From contig JBGUGD010000035.1 of assembly GCA_041697335.1 (NCBI GenBank), positions 1 through 64,000 of the forward strand: a DNA stretch of 64,000 bases, in the 5' to 3' direction. Below, in pieces: positions 42,571-52,195 of this stretch. Each line of letters starts with the position of its first letter. Within the stretch, counting starts at the first letter, position 1. The stretch is from Vampirovibrionaceae bacterium NZW_1234 (GTDB lineage Bacteria > Cyanobacteriota > Vampirovibrionia > Vampirovibrionales > JAGQHJ01). The position numbers were made by a program, and so were the translations under genes. Below the pieces are notes generated by a model. It worked only from the letters and a program-made list of their open reading frames with translations. It was not told the origin of the DNA and did no database searches.

Positions 42571-42650
42571 TTATACAAGGAATTCTTAAGGAAAGATTAA
42601 GGGTTCCCGGGGTATAGGCAAGACAAGATTCGTACGCTGGAGGTTCACGT

Positions 42651-42785
42651 ATGGGACACACTCACGATACCGCTCACTGGATTTCTCAATTCAATTCTCA
42701 GCAAGACACCGTTCAACGGGCCAAGTCCCTCGGGTTGACCGGCAGCGTGCAGACACAGATTTCTCAATGGATTAAAAAATCTTAG
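42651..42785 (+). CDS. Small protein (44 aa, MGHTHDTAHWISQFNSQQDTVQRAKSLGLTGSVQTQISQWIKKS)
   Basis: GGAGG RBS at 42639-42643; below ORF-track cutoff; preceded by the bipartite motif. Confidence 0.6.
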   Translation: MGHTHDTAHWISQFNSQQDTVQRAKSLGLTGSVQTQISQWIKKS

Positions 42786-43032
42786 GGCAGGACATTTCTC
42801 GGGATTGAAATTGGCAGACGTATTGGGTTAGACACAGGACAATTGGACATTTCAAACAGGTTGGGACATAGGCTGCCCTTTGGACAAGGGCATATAACGA
42901 AACGTTAGACAGAAAGCACACACACATTTTGGGATAGAAAGACCGGATAAAATTGCGACTTACATTGGATGAGTTGTATTGGGTGGGTTGGGCATCGGTC
43001 TGAACCTATGGGCACCTTCGGGTGTGCATAGG
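42786..43032 (+). ncRNA. Candidate GGA-repeat (CsrB/RsmZ-like) RNA or long 3' UTR
   Basis: Nine GGA including five GGACA in about 190 nt; closed by hairpin 43005-43032 with C(UUCG)G loop. Confidence 0.35.
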
Positions 43033-43176
43033 CCATGCTCATCCGGCAGCCGGGCAACCGGCACAGTTATCAGACAGGCCTGACCCATTTTTCTTGGTCG
43101 CGCCATCCGGGGCAGTATCGGATTTTATGCCGTTGCAATTTGTTGCAACGGCATTTTGGGGTCTTTTGCTTTAGGA

Positions 43177-44313
43177 TTAAAAGTCGTAATCACCAAAGCC
43201 ACTGCTGCCCACAAAGGGTGAAGGGCCTGAGTTGAAAGCATTATTGAGTCCACTCGTGGCGTTTCGGAAATTGATAGCGGCCAGCCGACTGCCGGTCGAG
43301 CTTCCACCATAAGGGCTACCGCCGCCATAGCCAAATCCGCCGGAGTAGCCGGTGCCATACCCCAAGGAGGCGGCACCGCCGAAACCATAACCGGTTGGCA
43401 TCATGTCGTTATAGCCATACCCCATTGGCGCAAAACTTTCATACCCCGGGGACATCATGGCGCCAAAGCCGGCATTCATCATGGGGCTTTGCGGAAACAT
43501 GGAGGCGCCGTAGCCAAGTGTTGTCGCAGGCGGATAGAGAAAACTAGGGGGCGGTGGTGGAGGCGGCATGGGCGGCAAGGGAGGCGGGGCGCCATAGCCG
43601 TAACCTTGATAGAATGACGGATCGGGTCCATAGGGTGCCATGCCAAAGCCGCTCATAGGGCCATAGGCTGGTGGCATCACGGTGTCGGCAAATCTTGCCG
43701 TTGCCGGTGATCCAAAGCCGGTATACTGTTGCGGTGCAAAACTGGCGCTGCCGTAATAGGGCATCGGTGACGGTGGGGGGGGCAAGGGGGGCGCATAGGT
43801 GGTAAACTGGCCACCGGTCCGCTGCATAAAATTCCAGTCGGGCTGGTTAAAATCCCGGTAGGTACTTTGAAAGGCGTTGTTGATCTGGTTGCTGGCGTAG
43901 CTCAGTGCCCGGTTGGCGATTTGGGCCGGATTGATGGCGGGCATCGTCGGGGGAGCCTGAGGCGGCATAAACGGCATGCCGCTTTGATAACCCGGAGAAA
44001 AGCCAGGCATGGCCGCCGGTTGGTTGAAGTAATTCATCGGCTGGGGTTGAAACGACGTGCCGCCAAACCCGGACATGGGGCCGGGAGGATAATAGTTGTT
44101 TTCAAAACTGCCAAAGTTATAGCTGTTAAATCCGCCGCCATAGGCCTGGGATGCCGGGTTTTGTGGGTAAAATCCATCGATACCGGTGTTGTAACTCCGA
44201 GATGCCGGAACACTGAAGGCTCCCGGCTGGGGGGTGAAATCAACGCCCTGGGCGACAACAGCAGAGACCTGACTGCCGAGATTGCCAAGCATCGTATACG
44301 GATTCAGTTGCAT
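43177..44313 (-). CDS. Low-complexity Gly/Pro/Tyr/Phe/Met-rich protein
   Basis: 378-aa ORF; GPMSGFG twice, polyproline runs; AGGAG RBS. Confidence 0.7.
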   Translation of the reverse strand: MQLNPYTMLGNLGSQVSAVVAQGVDFTPQPGAFSVPASRSYNTGIDGFYPQNPASQAYGGGFNSYNFGSFENNYYPPGPMSGFGGTSFQPQPMNYFNQPAAMPGFSPGYQSGMPFMPPQAPPTMPAINPAQIANRALSYASNQINNAFQSTYRDFNQPDWNFMQRTGGQFTTYAPPLPPPPSPMPYYGSASFAPQQYTGFGSPATARFADTVMPPAYGPMSGFGMAPYGPDPSFYQGYGYGAPPPLPPMPPPPPPPSFLYPPATTLGYGASMFPQSPMMNAGFGAMMSPGYESFAPMGYGYNDMMPTGYGFGGAASLGYGTGYSGGFGYGGGSPYGGSSTGSRLAAINFRNATSGLNNAFNSGPSPFVGSSGFGDYDF

Positions 44314-44379
44314 GAGGGGGAGTCTCCTCTTCTCGTGTGATGAGTTGGCCCCTTCCAGACCAATTCCGGAAAGCCTGAC

Positions 44380-44640
44380 CTAAGGTCGGCCGAGGGGCTG
44401 ACGAACCAGAAACGCCGTCTGGTTGTTGCGCGGATGATACACCGCGTCAAGGCGGAGGTTGGGGGATTCGTCCAACAGGGTCAAATCCAATGAAGGCAGC
44501 CGATAGAGACTTTCCAGCGATTGCCGGGTTTGATCCGGCTCCGGTTGGTCACTGATTTGCTCGGTATGCCCACTCGCGTCCACCACAACCAAACGCTTGG
44601 GGGGGTGGCATTGGGTTTGTCTCCGGATGAAATCCGCCAT
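44380..44640 (-). CDS. Hypothetical protein
   Basis: AGAGGAG RBS before ATG 44640; same strand as 43177-44313. Confidence 0.5.
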   Translation of the reverse strand: MADFIRRQTQCHPPKRLVVVDASGHTEQISDQPEPDQTRQSLESLYRLPSLDLTLLDESPNLRLDAVYHPRNNQTAFLVRQPLGRP

Positions 44641-45122
44641 AAGGCTCCTCTGATTGCTGTCTGAGATGTCGAACAAGAATCCCAATGCCTTGAGGGCATG
44701 CCCATGGATTGTTACAAATCGTGATATTTCTCCCGCTGTTCTTAATTGCTAATGACGTCATGATTATTCTTTTTTGCCTGAAACCCATTTAAGAAAATCC
44801 ATAATCTGCTTAGCCTTCTATATACGCAGTAATCTGTCATTGCAAAGAGTATTCGAAGCGTCCTATTAATATTAGAAGCCTCTGACCTCGTGTTAAAGAC
44901 TATTGCCACTAATGTTTTACAAAATTAAGTTTTTATGGGTCTAATTTTTATGCAAACTCCAGACTTGTTGGTTACTAGCAAATTTAGCTCGTTGAATAAC
45001 AACAAGTAGATTATCTGTGGCTCAGCCAAGTAAATGAGAGATAGGGTAGATTTCTACAAATTATGTGCATAAGGGTCGACACAGCGATTGAGAAGGACAA
45101 GAAAGTAGAGGACTTATCTCAT

Positions 45123-45299
45123 ATGACTTATCCACTTGGTTTTAATCGTTTTGCTGAACTTAGCCAAACTATACCCGGCTTTGGCTTCCGACCCGCCGTG
45201 GCAAACGGTGTAGTCTCACCTATTGGAAGCCCGAATCCCGGCGCATTACTTTTTGGCCAGAATCCACCTCAGGAACCTAAGCCAATAGTTATTGCTTAG
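45123..45299 (+). CDS. Small hypothetical protein (58 aa)
   Basis: GAGG RBS before ATG 45123; followed by hairpin about 45319-45362. Confidence 0.45.
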   Translation: MTYPLGFNRFAELSQTIPGFGFRPAVANGVVSPIGSPNPGALLFGQNPPQEPKPIVIA

Positions 45300-45470
45300 A
45301 CATTCTCATTTCGCATACTGCCCCTCTACCAAAGAACCTTAAGGTCTCATGGTAGGGGGGCAATAGTTTAAAGATGGGAAGTTTTTCCTAGCACAGGGTT
45401 GGGTTGAGGGGGGTTTATAGGGGTACTAGAGCACCGATGCCCACAATGATGATGATTCGATAGGAGTATA

Positions 45471-45839
45471 TTGACGATGGATTCCGTGAAATTGCGTTTT
45501 CCTTCCCCTGTGTCGGCTCAACCGTTGCGCATTCTGCCGGGAGGATGCACGGGCCCATCCAACCAAATTTTACCGAGAAGTGATCGGACATATTATCAGG
45601 AGATGTTTGACACCGCTGTCACCGATCCCAGGAAGGCCGCAATCGGCCAATATGTAAAAACCGAGGTGCCCGGTCAGGGCTGGGTCCTTCGTAAAAAGGG
45701 CGTGCTTGGTGGCGGCACAATTTTGATTAAGCCGGATGGGAGCGTATCGTCCAAGCCCGTGATTTATGGGGCCGAGTACCGGGAGATTCTAGGCCCGGGA
45801 AGTGTCAACCCACGCCGAAAGCTGATTTACTATATTTAG
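45471..45839 (+). CDS. Hypothetical protein
   Basis: AGGAG RBS, TTG start, KLRFP near N-terminus. Confidence 0.6.
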   Translation: MTMDSVKLRFPSPVSAQPLRILPGGCTGPSNQILPRSDRTYYQEMFDTAVTDPRKAAIGQYVKTEVPGQGWVLRKKGVLGGGTILIKPDGSVSSKPVIYGAEYREILGPGSVNPRRKLIYYI

Positions 45840-45900
45840 AAATTTTATCAACTTACAATTCACACCATAACCCACACCATACCACACACCAACCCTAACT

Positions 45901-45934
45901 ACTCAGCTGATGCCCTTGCATAGCTGAGTTTTTT
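45901..45934 (+). terminator. Rho-independent terminator
   Basis: ACTCAGCT...AGCTGAGT followed by T-run. Confidence 0.65.
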
Positions 45935-46016
45935 GTGACAAAAAGCACATCGCCCGCTTAACGCAGCTCGTGCATTTCGGGCGATGGCGTCCCTGTTGGT
46001 TAGAGAACAGGTTGGG

Positions 46017-46526
46017 TTAGGGTGTTTGTGTGGGTGCGCTTTGCTGCAAGCGTTGACGTCGTTGAGCCATTTGATGCAGACGTTGTGTTTGCAGCGATGA
46101 CAGCTTCTGGAGCTGTTCCTGGGTCAGAATTTCTCGGATCTGGAACATGCCTTTCAACTGTTCTTCGGCAATGGATTGCTGTAGGCGTTCAATGTCCCGC
46201 TGACGGGTTAGAGCTTCATTCTCCTGGGCATTCGGTGTGGCCATGTATTCGACCAGGCTTTGACGCTTGACCATGGCTTCCTGGACCAGCGGTTGGACTT
46301 TTGTACGGGTTTGAAGCCGCAGGGTTTCCACCTGTTTTTTCTGGGTGGGTGTCAGGTTTATTTGGCTGACCAGGTCTTCTTTCCCCAAAGTGGGCTCTAC
46401 CGAATGGTTAAGGGCTTGTGGGGGAATTGAGGCACTGGGCTGCTCGGTGGGCGCTGCCGTGCACAGGGCCGACGTTAAAATTAGCGAAGCGGATAGGACG
46501 GATAAGGTTTTTGAGATAACGGACAT
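46017..46526 (-). CDS. Spy/CpxP-like periplasmic helical protein
   Basis: Signal peptide; NLTPTQ and ILTQEQ (LTxxQ motifs); GGAGG RBS. Confidence 0.8.
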   Translation of the reverse strand: MSVISKTLSVLSASLILTSALCTAAPTEQPSASIPPQALNHSVEPTLGKEDLVSQINLTPTQKKQVETLRLQTRTKVQPLVQEAMVKRQSLVEYMATPNAQENEALTRQRDIERLQQSIAEEQLKGMFQIREILTQEQLQKLSSLQTQRLHQMAQRRQRLQQSAPTQTP

Positions 46527-46782
46527 AATGCTGACCTCCAAGGTTGCTACATAACATAGGCTGGATGCGATTTGTGGACGGTTGGTTCTGGGTTGCATCA
46601 GGTTTTACTGTCTTTGAGGCCAATTGTCAATCTATTAAGGTAGGCGATTCAACTCATCTTGACTTTCGAGTAAGGCGCGTGTCCGGGGTTGGCATGAGGT
46701 TGCTCATAGCTGAGGCTCGAAACCCTTTCCAGGCAGGCTGACTGGCAACCTGTCCTAGGTCATTCAGATGAATTTCAGCTTT

Positions 46783-46816
46783 ACTAGCACAAAGTTTAAA
46801 AAAATTGTTTTTATAT
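46783..46816 (+). promoter_or_regulatory. Bipartite motif ACTAGCACAAA-N12-TGTTTTTATAT (copy 2)
   Basis: Identical boxes and spacing to 42537-42570; upstream of ORF 46863. Confidence 0.65.
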
Positions 46817-46862
46817 ACATGGGTTTTTTATCTGTGGACAAGACATAGGTCTGGAGTGTTGC

Positions 46863-48887
46863 ATGGAATTACGCCGCTTTAACGAGCAGCAGGTGAATAG
46901 CCAATTGGATAATTCCGCCGCCGCGAAATTAGAATCGCCGGATATGGCTCGGAATTGGCTGGCTGGCGATGCGCAACCTCAAGTGTCTCAATCCAATGAA
47001 CCCACTCAGTTTCAGCTCTGGGCCGATGCTGCCCAGAAGCAGGAAGCCGCTCGCCAGCAAGAAATGCTCCAGCAGCAGCAAGCGTTGGCATTGCAGAAGA
47101 AAGCGGCTCAACAGCAGCCCAAGTTTAACACATCGAAAACCACCCAGTTCCAACTGGCGCAGTCTTTTGACTGGCAGGTGTACAGCCGCCAGACGATGGA
47201 GTCTGCCCGCAGAGAAACCCAACGCTATACGAGAGTCAGAAAACAAGTGATGGAACAGCCCAGCGAAGGCACCATGCAACAGGTGTCCGCTCGGGTGCAG
47301 GCAGAAAAACCCGGTCGCTTTTTCCAGCGCAAGCGCCGTGAAGCGACGGATACACCCAGAGAGGGTCGAACCTGGGGTATTTTTGGGCCTCGCCGGAGTA
47401 AGCCGATGCCCGAAGAAGAGCGTCAGCCTCAAGGGCCCCGGATGCGTCGTAGCACTCGGGAGTTTTTGGCGGATAGACCCATGGTGCAACGCCCCAGCCG
47501 TCGTATGGATGATGGGATGTCAATCTCGATTGATGGGGCTTCCAAGCGTGCAACTCGCCGGGAAATGCGCCGCTCTGATACGATGAGCCGTCCTTCCTCT
47601 CCCTGGGCTACCCGCCGGACGGACTGGACCCGTCGCGAGAGTGATATGTCCGGTCGACGCAAAGAATTCTCCGGTCTGCGTCGTGAAGGTTCCGGTACTG
47701 CTGGAATGGGGCGACGTGATGTTTCTCGATTCGAGAAGCCTTGGGCAACCAAAAAAGGCACCAAAGGTGATGTTCGTCGGACCGTAGAGCGCTTCGACCT
47801 GGCTGCCAAAGAAAACGACAAGGCCCGCAAGGCTGCCATGAAAGAATGGGAAAGATCGGCCAGCAGAAACCGTTCCAACCGTGATCGCTCCATTGCCACC
47901 AGTATTGCCCGGGCCATTAGCAGTGTGAACATCAGTGCCGGATTTGCGGCCATTGAAAGTGGCTTGATGGCCTTGTCCATGACCCAGGCCTTTTTACCGG
48001 AATTCCGTCAGAACTTTTCGAGAAACGCCTTTGCAGCACTTTTTAGTAAGTATATGTATTTAACTCGTCTCCAGGAAGCTGCCGGAGAGGCGATGGAATT
48101 TTTGGTTCGCCAACGCGAAGCCATGTCGTCCCGCCTGGAATTCAACCCGGACGATGATGATTTACGGGATCGTATTGGCCTGATGGAAATTTTTATTGAT
48201 CGCCAGTATGGCCGGTATTTGGGCCTGGGAGCGGCGATTCGTAAAGGGGTTATGGCACCTTTAGCCAGTTTGTTGGCTGGGTTCAGAGACAACATGTGGC
48301 GGATTCGCTTCCGTAACCCGGCCTGGTTGGCTCGTTTACGCAGTGCCAATATGATGGCCGCATCACTCCGGGGTCGTCTGCAAGGTCGTTTAATGCAATT
48401 GAATTTTGGCTTGGCAGCCATTTCTTCCAAGGGCCTGAAGGCTCAGTTGAGTGGTCAGCTTGGTCGCTTCCAGGGGGCTATTGGCCGTCTGTCTCGTGTC
48501 TTGGGTAACCTGGAGAGCCGTCCAACCAATATGACCAAGAAGGAGCGACTCAAGGGCGGCCTGATGGATTTCAGTCGTCTGGCACGACGCCTGGAAACCA
48601 AGCTGTTTACCGGTGGCCCCAAGAAGAAAAACCTGGAGCGCTTCAAAAAGACCAAACGTCTGGCCGAAAAAGATTCCCGCCTGAATATGCTGGACTCTCG
48701 GAAAAACAGCAGTGAGACTTCGGGATATGGATCGACCTACACCGGCAAAATGACGATGCCTAAGAATGGCATTGCCGGTCCTCGTCCCTTGAGCCCGACC
48801 TTTATGGTTGCTCAGCCCGGTGTGAACCCCCTGGCATTTGAAGATCGCACCCCGGACCGGAAGACCAAGAAACAGGCTGAAATCTAG
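46863..48887 (+). CDS. Large hypothetical protein, Gln-rich N-terminus and Arg-rich body
   Basis: 674-aa ORF with GGAG RBS; no recognisable domain. Confidence 0.75.
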   Translation: MELRRFNEQQVNSQLDNSAAAKLESPDMARNWLAGDAQPQVSQSNEPTQFQLWADAAQKQEAARQQEMLQQQQALALQKKAAQQQPKFNTSKTTQFQLAQSFDWQVYSRQTMESARRETQRYTRVRKQVMEQPSEGTMQQVSARVQAEKPGRFFQRKRREATDTPREGRTWGIFGPRRSKPMPEEERQPQGPRMRRSTREFLADRPMVQRPSRRMDDGMSISIDGASKRATRREMRRSDTMSRPSSPWATRRTDWTRRESDMSGRRKEFSGLRREGSGTAGMGRRDVSRFEKPWATKKGTKGDVRRTVERFDLAAKENDKARKAAMKEWERSASRNRSNRDRSIATSIARAISSVNISAGFAAIESGLMALSMTQAFLPEFRQNFSRNAFAALFSKYMYLTRLQEAAGEAMEFLVRQREAMSSRLEFNPDDDDLRDRIGLMEIFIDRQYGRYLGLGAAIRKGVMAPLASLLAGFRDNMWRIRFRNPAWLARLRSANMMAASLRGRLQGRLMQLNFGLAAISSKGLKAQLSGQLGRFQGAIGRLSRVLGNLESRPTNMTKKERLKGGLMDFSRLARRLETKLFTGGPKKKNLERFKKTKRLAEKDSRLNMLDSRKNSSETSGYGSTYTGKMTMPKNGIAGPRPLSPTFMVAQPGVNPLAFEDRTPDRKTKKQAEI

Positions 48888-49298
48888 ATTCCATACAATT
48901 ATTCAGGCTTTATTAAACTTGGCTGGGACATATCAAAAATTCCAGCGCCATGGTTTCTATACATATAGACAGACGGAAAGAATACACCAGAGGCGCAACG
49001 CACCCCCACCTGCTACCAAAGGTGTACTGTGGAGATAGACTGTCGTGATCTGTTTGTTGGCAGCGGCAACGCCAGCACTATTTTAGGCTGATCGATTTCT
49101 CTTCTAATTATTTCTCTCTCTAATTTCTCTCTTTATTTGTTCCTTCACACAATCCTGCATCTTCTCTCTCCCCCCTCATCTTCTCTTTTTCGGGTTTGGG
49201 TTATGGTACAAGCAGTACAACAAGATAAACCGGCTCTCTGTAGAACACAGGCTTATTGGCATTCAAGCGAATTCAAGGTCACGTTGCTGGAATTTCTT

Positions 49299-49697
49299 TT
49301 ACTGTCCGAACATGGCAGCAATGGGAACGACGCGTCCCAGAAAAAACAGCAATAATGGAAAACCGGATACCAGAATCAGCACCAGAATGGTGGTGGAAAC
49401 CACGTTCTTGGAACTGCCGGCTCCGATGGCAACCCCGGAGGGTTCAATGTCGATGAGCTCGGGTGGCAGTTCATGTGAGGGGCGCTGGTCGTCCTCGTCG
49501 GCTTCTTCCAGGTTGGCTTGCTTAATCAGGCCAACCAGGCTGTAGGCAAACAGGGTCACAAAGACTAGAGGCAGCCCCATTACCACGGGATGCATCTGGC
49601 CATGACCGCCTAGGACAGAGGTGACGGTAAAGATGGCCCACAGCACCAGGCTGAGGGCGGAAAATACAAAACAGGGAATCAGATAAGGTTTTGGCAT
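49299..49697 (-). CDS. Hypothetical membrane protein (3 TM)
   Basis: GGAGG RBS before ATG 49697; three hydrophobic segments. Confidence 0.6.
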   Translation of the reverse strand: MPKPYLIPCFVFSALSLVLWAIFTVTSVLGGHGQMHPVVMGLPLVFVTLFAYSLVGLIKQANLEEADEDDQRPSHELPPELIDIEPSGVAIGAGSSKNVVSTTILVLILVSGFPLLLFFLGRVVPIAAMFGQ

Positions 49698-49793
49698 TGC
49701 CGAGATTCTCTCCTCCCCACGAGGGACATCGTCACGTACGTGATACCGGCGGGCGGGGATGTGCTTTGGAAACACGCGCCCATGCCTTACTAG

Positions 49794-50201
49794 TTATCGT
49801 ACCGAAAATAGCAAAAATCTCAACGGCGAATCTTCATCCTCTGGATCCGTGGGTTGTGCTGCGTCCAGAATACAGGTACAGGCTCCACAAATGAGCGTAT
49901 GGGCTGTATAAATCCCATGAGAACACCGGCGGCAGGTACCCTCTCCGGAAGCGCCTTCGGCCAGCCAGAGGCGAATAAACGCGCGAATCAAAACCGGTGA
50001 AATCCCATATTTTTGGGCCAGTTGCTCCAGCTGTTGCTTGTGGAGGCGGTTTAAGGGCGGCTTGCCGGAGTCGACCAACTCGTGTTTGAGGGTCGGGTAG
50101 ATGCGATCGAGCTTTAAAATGCAATGAAAACAAAGACGGTTCAGCCGCCCGGAGTGATGGGAGCGAAAGCTTTGCTGGCAATGTTCACAGCGTCGATACA
50201 T
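49794..50201 (-). CDS. Double zinc-ribbon/HTH protein resembling flagellar-operon YvyF family
   Basis: CEHC-x11-CFHC, LEQLAQKYGISPVLIRAFI, CRRC-x10-CGAC. Confidence 0.55.
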   Translation of the reverse strand: MYRRCEHCQQSFRSHHSGRLNRLCFHCILKLDRIYPTLKHELVDSGKPPLNRLHKQQLEQLAQKYGISPVLIRAFIRLWLAEGASGEGTCRRCSHGIYTAHTLICGACTCILDAAQPTDPEDEDSPLRFLLFSVR

Positions 50202-50486
50202 ATGTCCACCCTGAGAGGCTCTCCCATGTTGCACGACGCTGCCCAAAGACCATCACAACGTCCCCGTCGGGGCGGGTGGGGCCAGCGGCAGCATCGCACT
50301 TTTGACGTATCGGATCATCCGAATTGGACTGAAGGGGGACTGTCGGGAACATTAAGTGAATTGTTACAGCGAGAGGCAATTTCCCGTTGGGACGGGTTTT
50401 ATTGAATCACCCACCTGTGCCGGATGGCAGAAGTCTGCGTTACCATCCGTGCTTGCCTGTATTCTTGATTGTAGGAGAACCCCTCT

Positions 50487-51140
50487 ATGTCCAAGCTTTC
50501 TGCTGCTTCCGTCGCTGTGTCCACTGGGAGTCCCCGTTTTGGCGCTTTCCAGAAAACCGAGCACTTCAGCCGAGGTTCGGGGGCGTCTGAATATGTGTAT
50601 GCAAAATTCACCATGGATAACCCGAAAGCCGATCGGGCGGTGATTGCACCCTTGAATGACGGCCACTGGACTGTAGGCGATGAGGTTGTCATCCATTATC
50701 AGCCGGGTCGCTCGGAGCAGGATCGCCGTTTGACATATGAATCGAACTTTTATAGTGATACCGAAGGTCAAGTACTCCATACGTTTTCGCCCAAAACCCG
50801 TGAACAGTTTGTGGCATTGCTTCGGGTGGTTTCCGATTTGCCGGATAGCGACAGCTTGAAGCGTCAACTTCAGAATGCCTTGACTGAGCAATACCGCGTG
50901 GTGAAAGCCAAAGCCGCTTTGAAGGCTGAGGCGACCCGCAAGCGTCTTCTGGGGACCTTTGAAGGGGTGGCGACGCTTCTGGACAAAGCGGGAGAACGGG
51001 AGAATTTGAGAACCGCCTTGGCGGATCTGCGCTCTGGCAATTCAGAGACCGAAGCCGTACAGAAAGCCCGCGGGTTTGTTCAGCTTCTGGGTCGTGAAGC
51101 TCAGCGGCTGCTTAAACTCGGCCCCGAAGAGCTCGAGTAG
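50487..51140 (+). CDS. Hypothetical protein with N-terminal PRFG motif
   Basis: AGGAG RBS; helical C-terminus. Confidence 0.7.
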   Translation: MSKLSAASVAVSTGSPRFGAFQKTEHFSRGSGASEYVYAKFTMDNPKADRAVIAPLNDGHWTVGDEVVIHYQPGRSEQDRRLTYESNFYSDTEGQVLHTFSPKTREQFVALLRVVSDLPDSDSLKRQLQNALTEQYRVVKAKAALKAEATRKRLLGTFEGVATLLDKAGERENLRTALADLRSGNSETEAVQKARGFVQLLGREAQRLLKLGPEELE

Positions 51141-51182
51141 GTTGACCCCTTTATTTTTCTCTTTTCGGGTCGATAAATCCAT

Positions 51183-51620
51183 ATGATGCGATTTCGATCA
51201 GTGATGTTTCTCAGCGGTCTCTTGATGCTTGCGTTGCTTTTTGGCGCCAAGTGTCTGGTTGAGGCAGGCGTCAACTTTCGCCAGATTGGCCCCGGTGTTG
51301 GGGATACCCGGTGGTTGATGGTGGACGGCACTGACGCAGCCACGTATTATCTGGATATTACGGCGCTGCGCTTAAATGGGGCTCGCGTTCTCTATCGCTA
51401 CAAGGCGCTTTACCCTGATCAGCGTTTTACAATCTTTGAAGCCGCAACCGACTGCAGCCAGAAGCGCTTTTATTCCCCAAACCACCGAGCCGATTATGAC
51501 GCTCGGGGCCTGCAACTGAACGCTTCTTTACTGCATTTTGATGCCGCCGGGGCACCTGTCCAGCCCGGGACTCTGGAAGAATCCTTGTCTCAGGCCGCTT
51601 GTGGCCTGGTTGGGAAATAG
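51183..51620 (+). CDS. Exported protein, surface-adhesin-E-like fold possible
   Basis: Signal peptide; W....YYLD, DCSQKR, PVQPGT...AC pattern. Confidence 0.55.
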   Translation: MMRFRSVMFLSGLLMLALLFGAKCLVEAGVNFRQIGPGVGDTRWLMVDGTDAATYYLDITALRLNGARVLYRYKALYPDQRFTIFEAATDCSQKRFYSPNHRADYDARGLQLNASLLHFDAAGAPVQPGTLEESLSQAACGLVGK

Positions 51621-51882
51621 CCTTCTCCAGCGACTTTTGAATCAATGGATGCGGCTATTTGCATCGACAAGGGATATCGCAGGGAACAATGTTGCTGATT
51701 GTATGTTATTAGTAGGCATGGCGCATAGTAATCCGTATTGAAGACCCATCTCAAGGGGATTTCCAATATCAATTATTGTAAAAATAGCGGTATTGCCACA
51801 CACATTTCACATAAGTGGTGTTTTATTCAAGATGTCCCGGGACAAACGTTGGATCAGTGCCCCTGAATTGAGATAGGAGATA

Positions 51883-52104
51883 GTGATTATGTCGATAACG
51901 GCATTACGTTTCGCGGCCAATGGTGCCCCAAATTACGGTCAAGACAAGTCGAAACAGGTCAAAAAGCTTGTAAATACCCAAGCAAAAGCCCTGGAACCTC
52001 AAAAAACCCGTGAGGAACAGGTGGCTGAGCAAACTCAAATTAGCTTAAAGCGGGCCTGGATTGAGTCCGTTGGGCGCTTTAGAAATATGTTCAACCTGAA
52101 ATAA
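51883..52104 (+). CDS. Small hypothetical protein (ALRFAANG)
   Basis: AGGAG RBS; terminator follows. Confidence 0.55.
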   Translation: MIMSITALRFAANGAPNYGQDKSKQVKKLVNTQAKALEPQKTREEQVAEQTQISLKRAWIESVGRFRNMFNLK

Positions 52105-52132
52105 GCCCGTCTCAAATCTCCCAGACAAAGAG

Positions 52133-52169
52133 ACACCGCCTCTTCCTGACTTCGGGGAAGAGGCGGTGT
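52133..52169. terminator. GC-rich hairpin between convergent genes
   Basis: ACACCGCCTCTTCC...GGAAGAGGCGGTGT. Confidence 0.7.
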
Positions 52170-52195
52170 GCTTTTCAAATCTGCTGGAGCCCTGC

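Noticed and set aside
45860..45900. CACACCA short repeats before a terminator
   Set aside because: Three 7-9 nt imperfect copies; too short to separate from slippage
46690..46703. sigma54-like TGGCATGAGGTTGC
   Set aside because: GG-to-GC spacing is one base shorter than the strict -24/-12 consensus
46929..48655. Long antisense ORFs within 46863-48887
   Set aside because: Shadow frames of a GC-rich coding gene; no independent signals
49095..49190. Pyrimidine-rich CT tract and tiny minus-strand ORF
   Set aside because: Low complexity, no recognisable structure or family; 18-aa ORF unsupported
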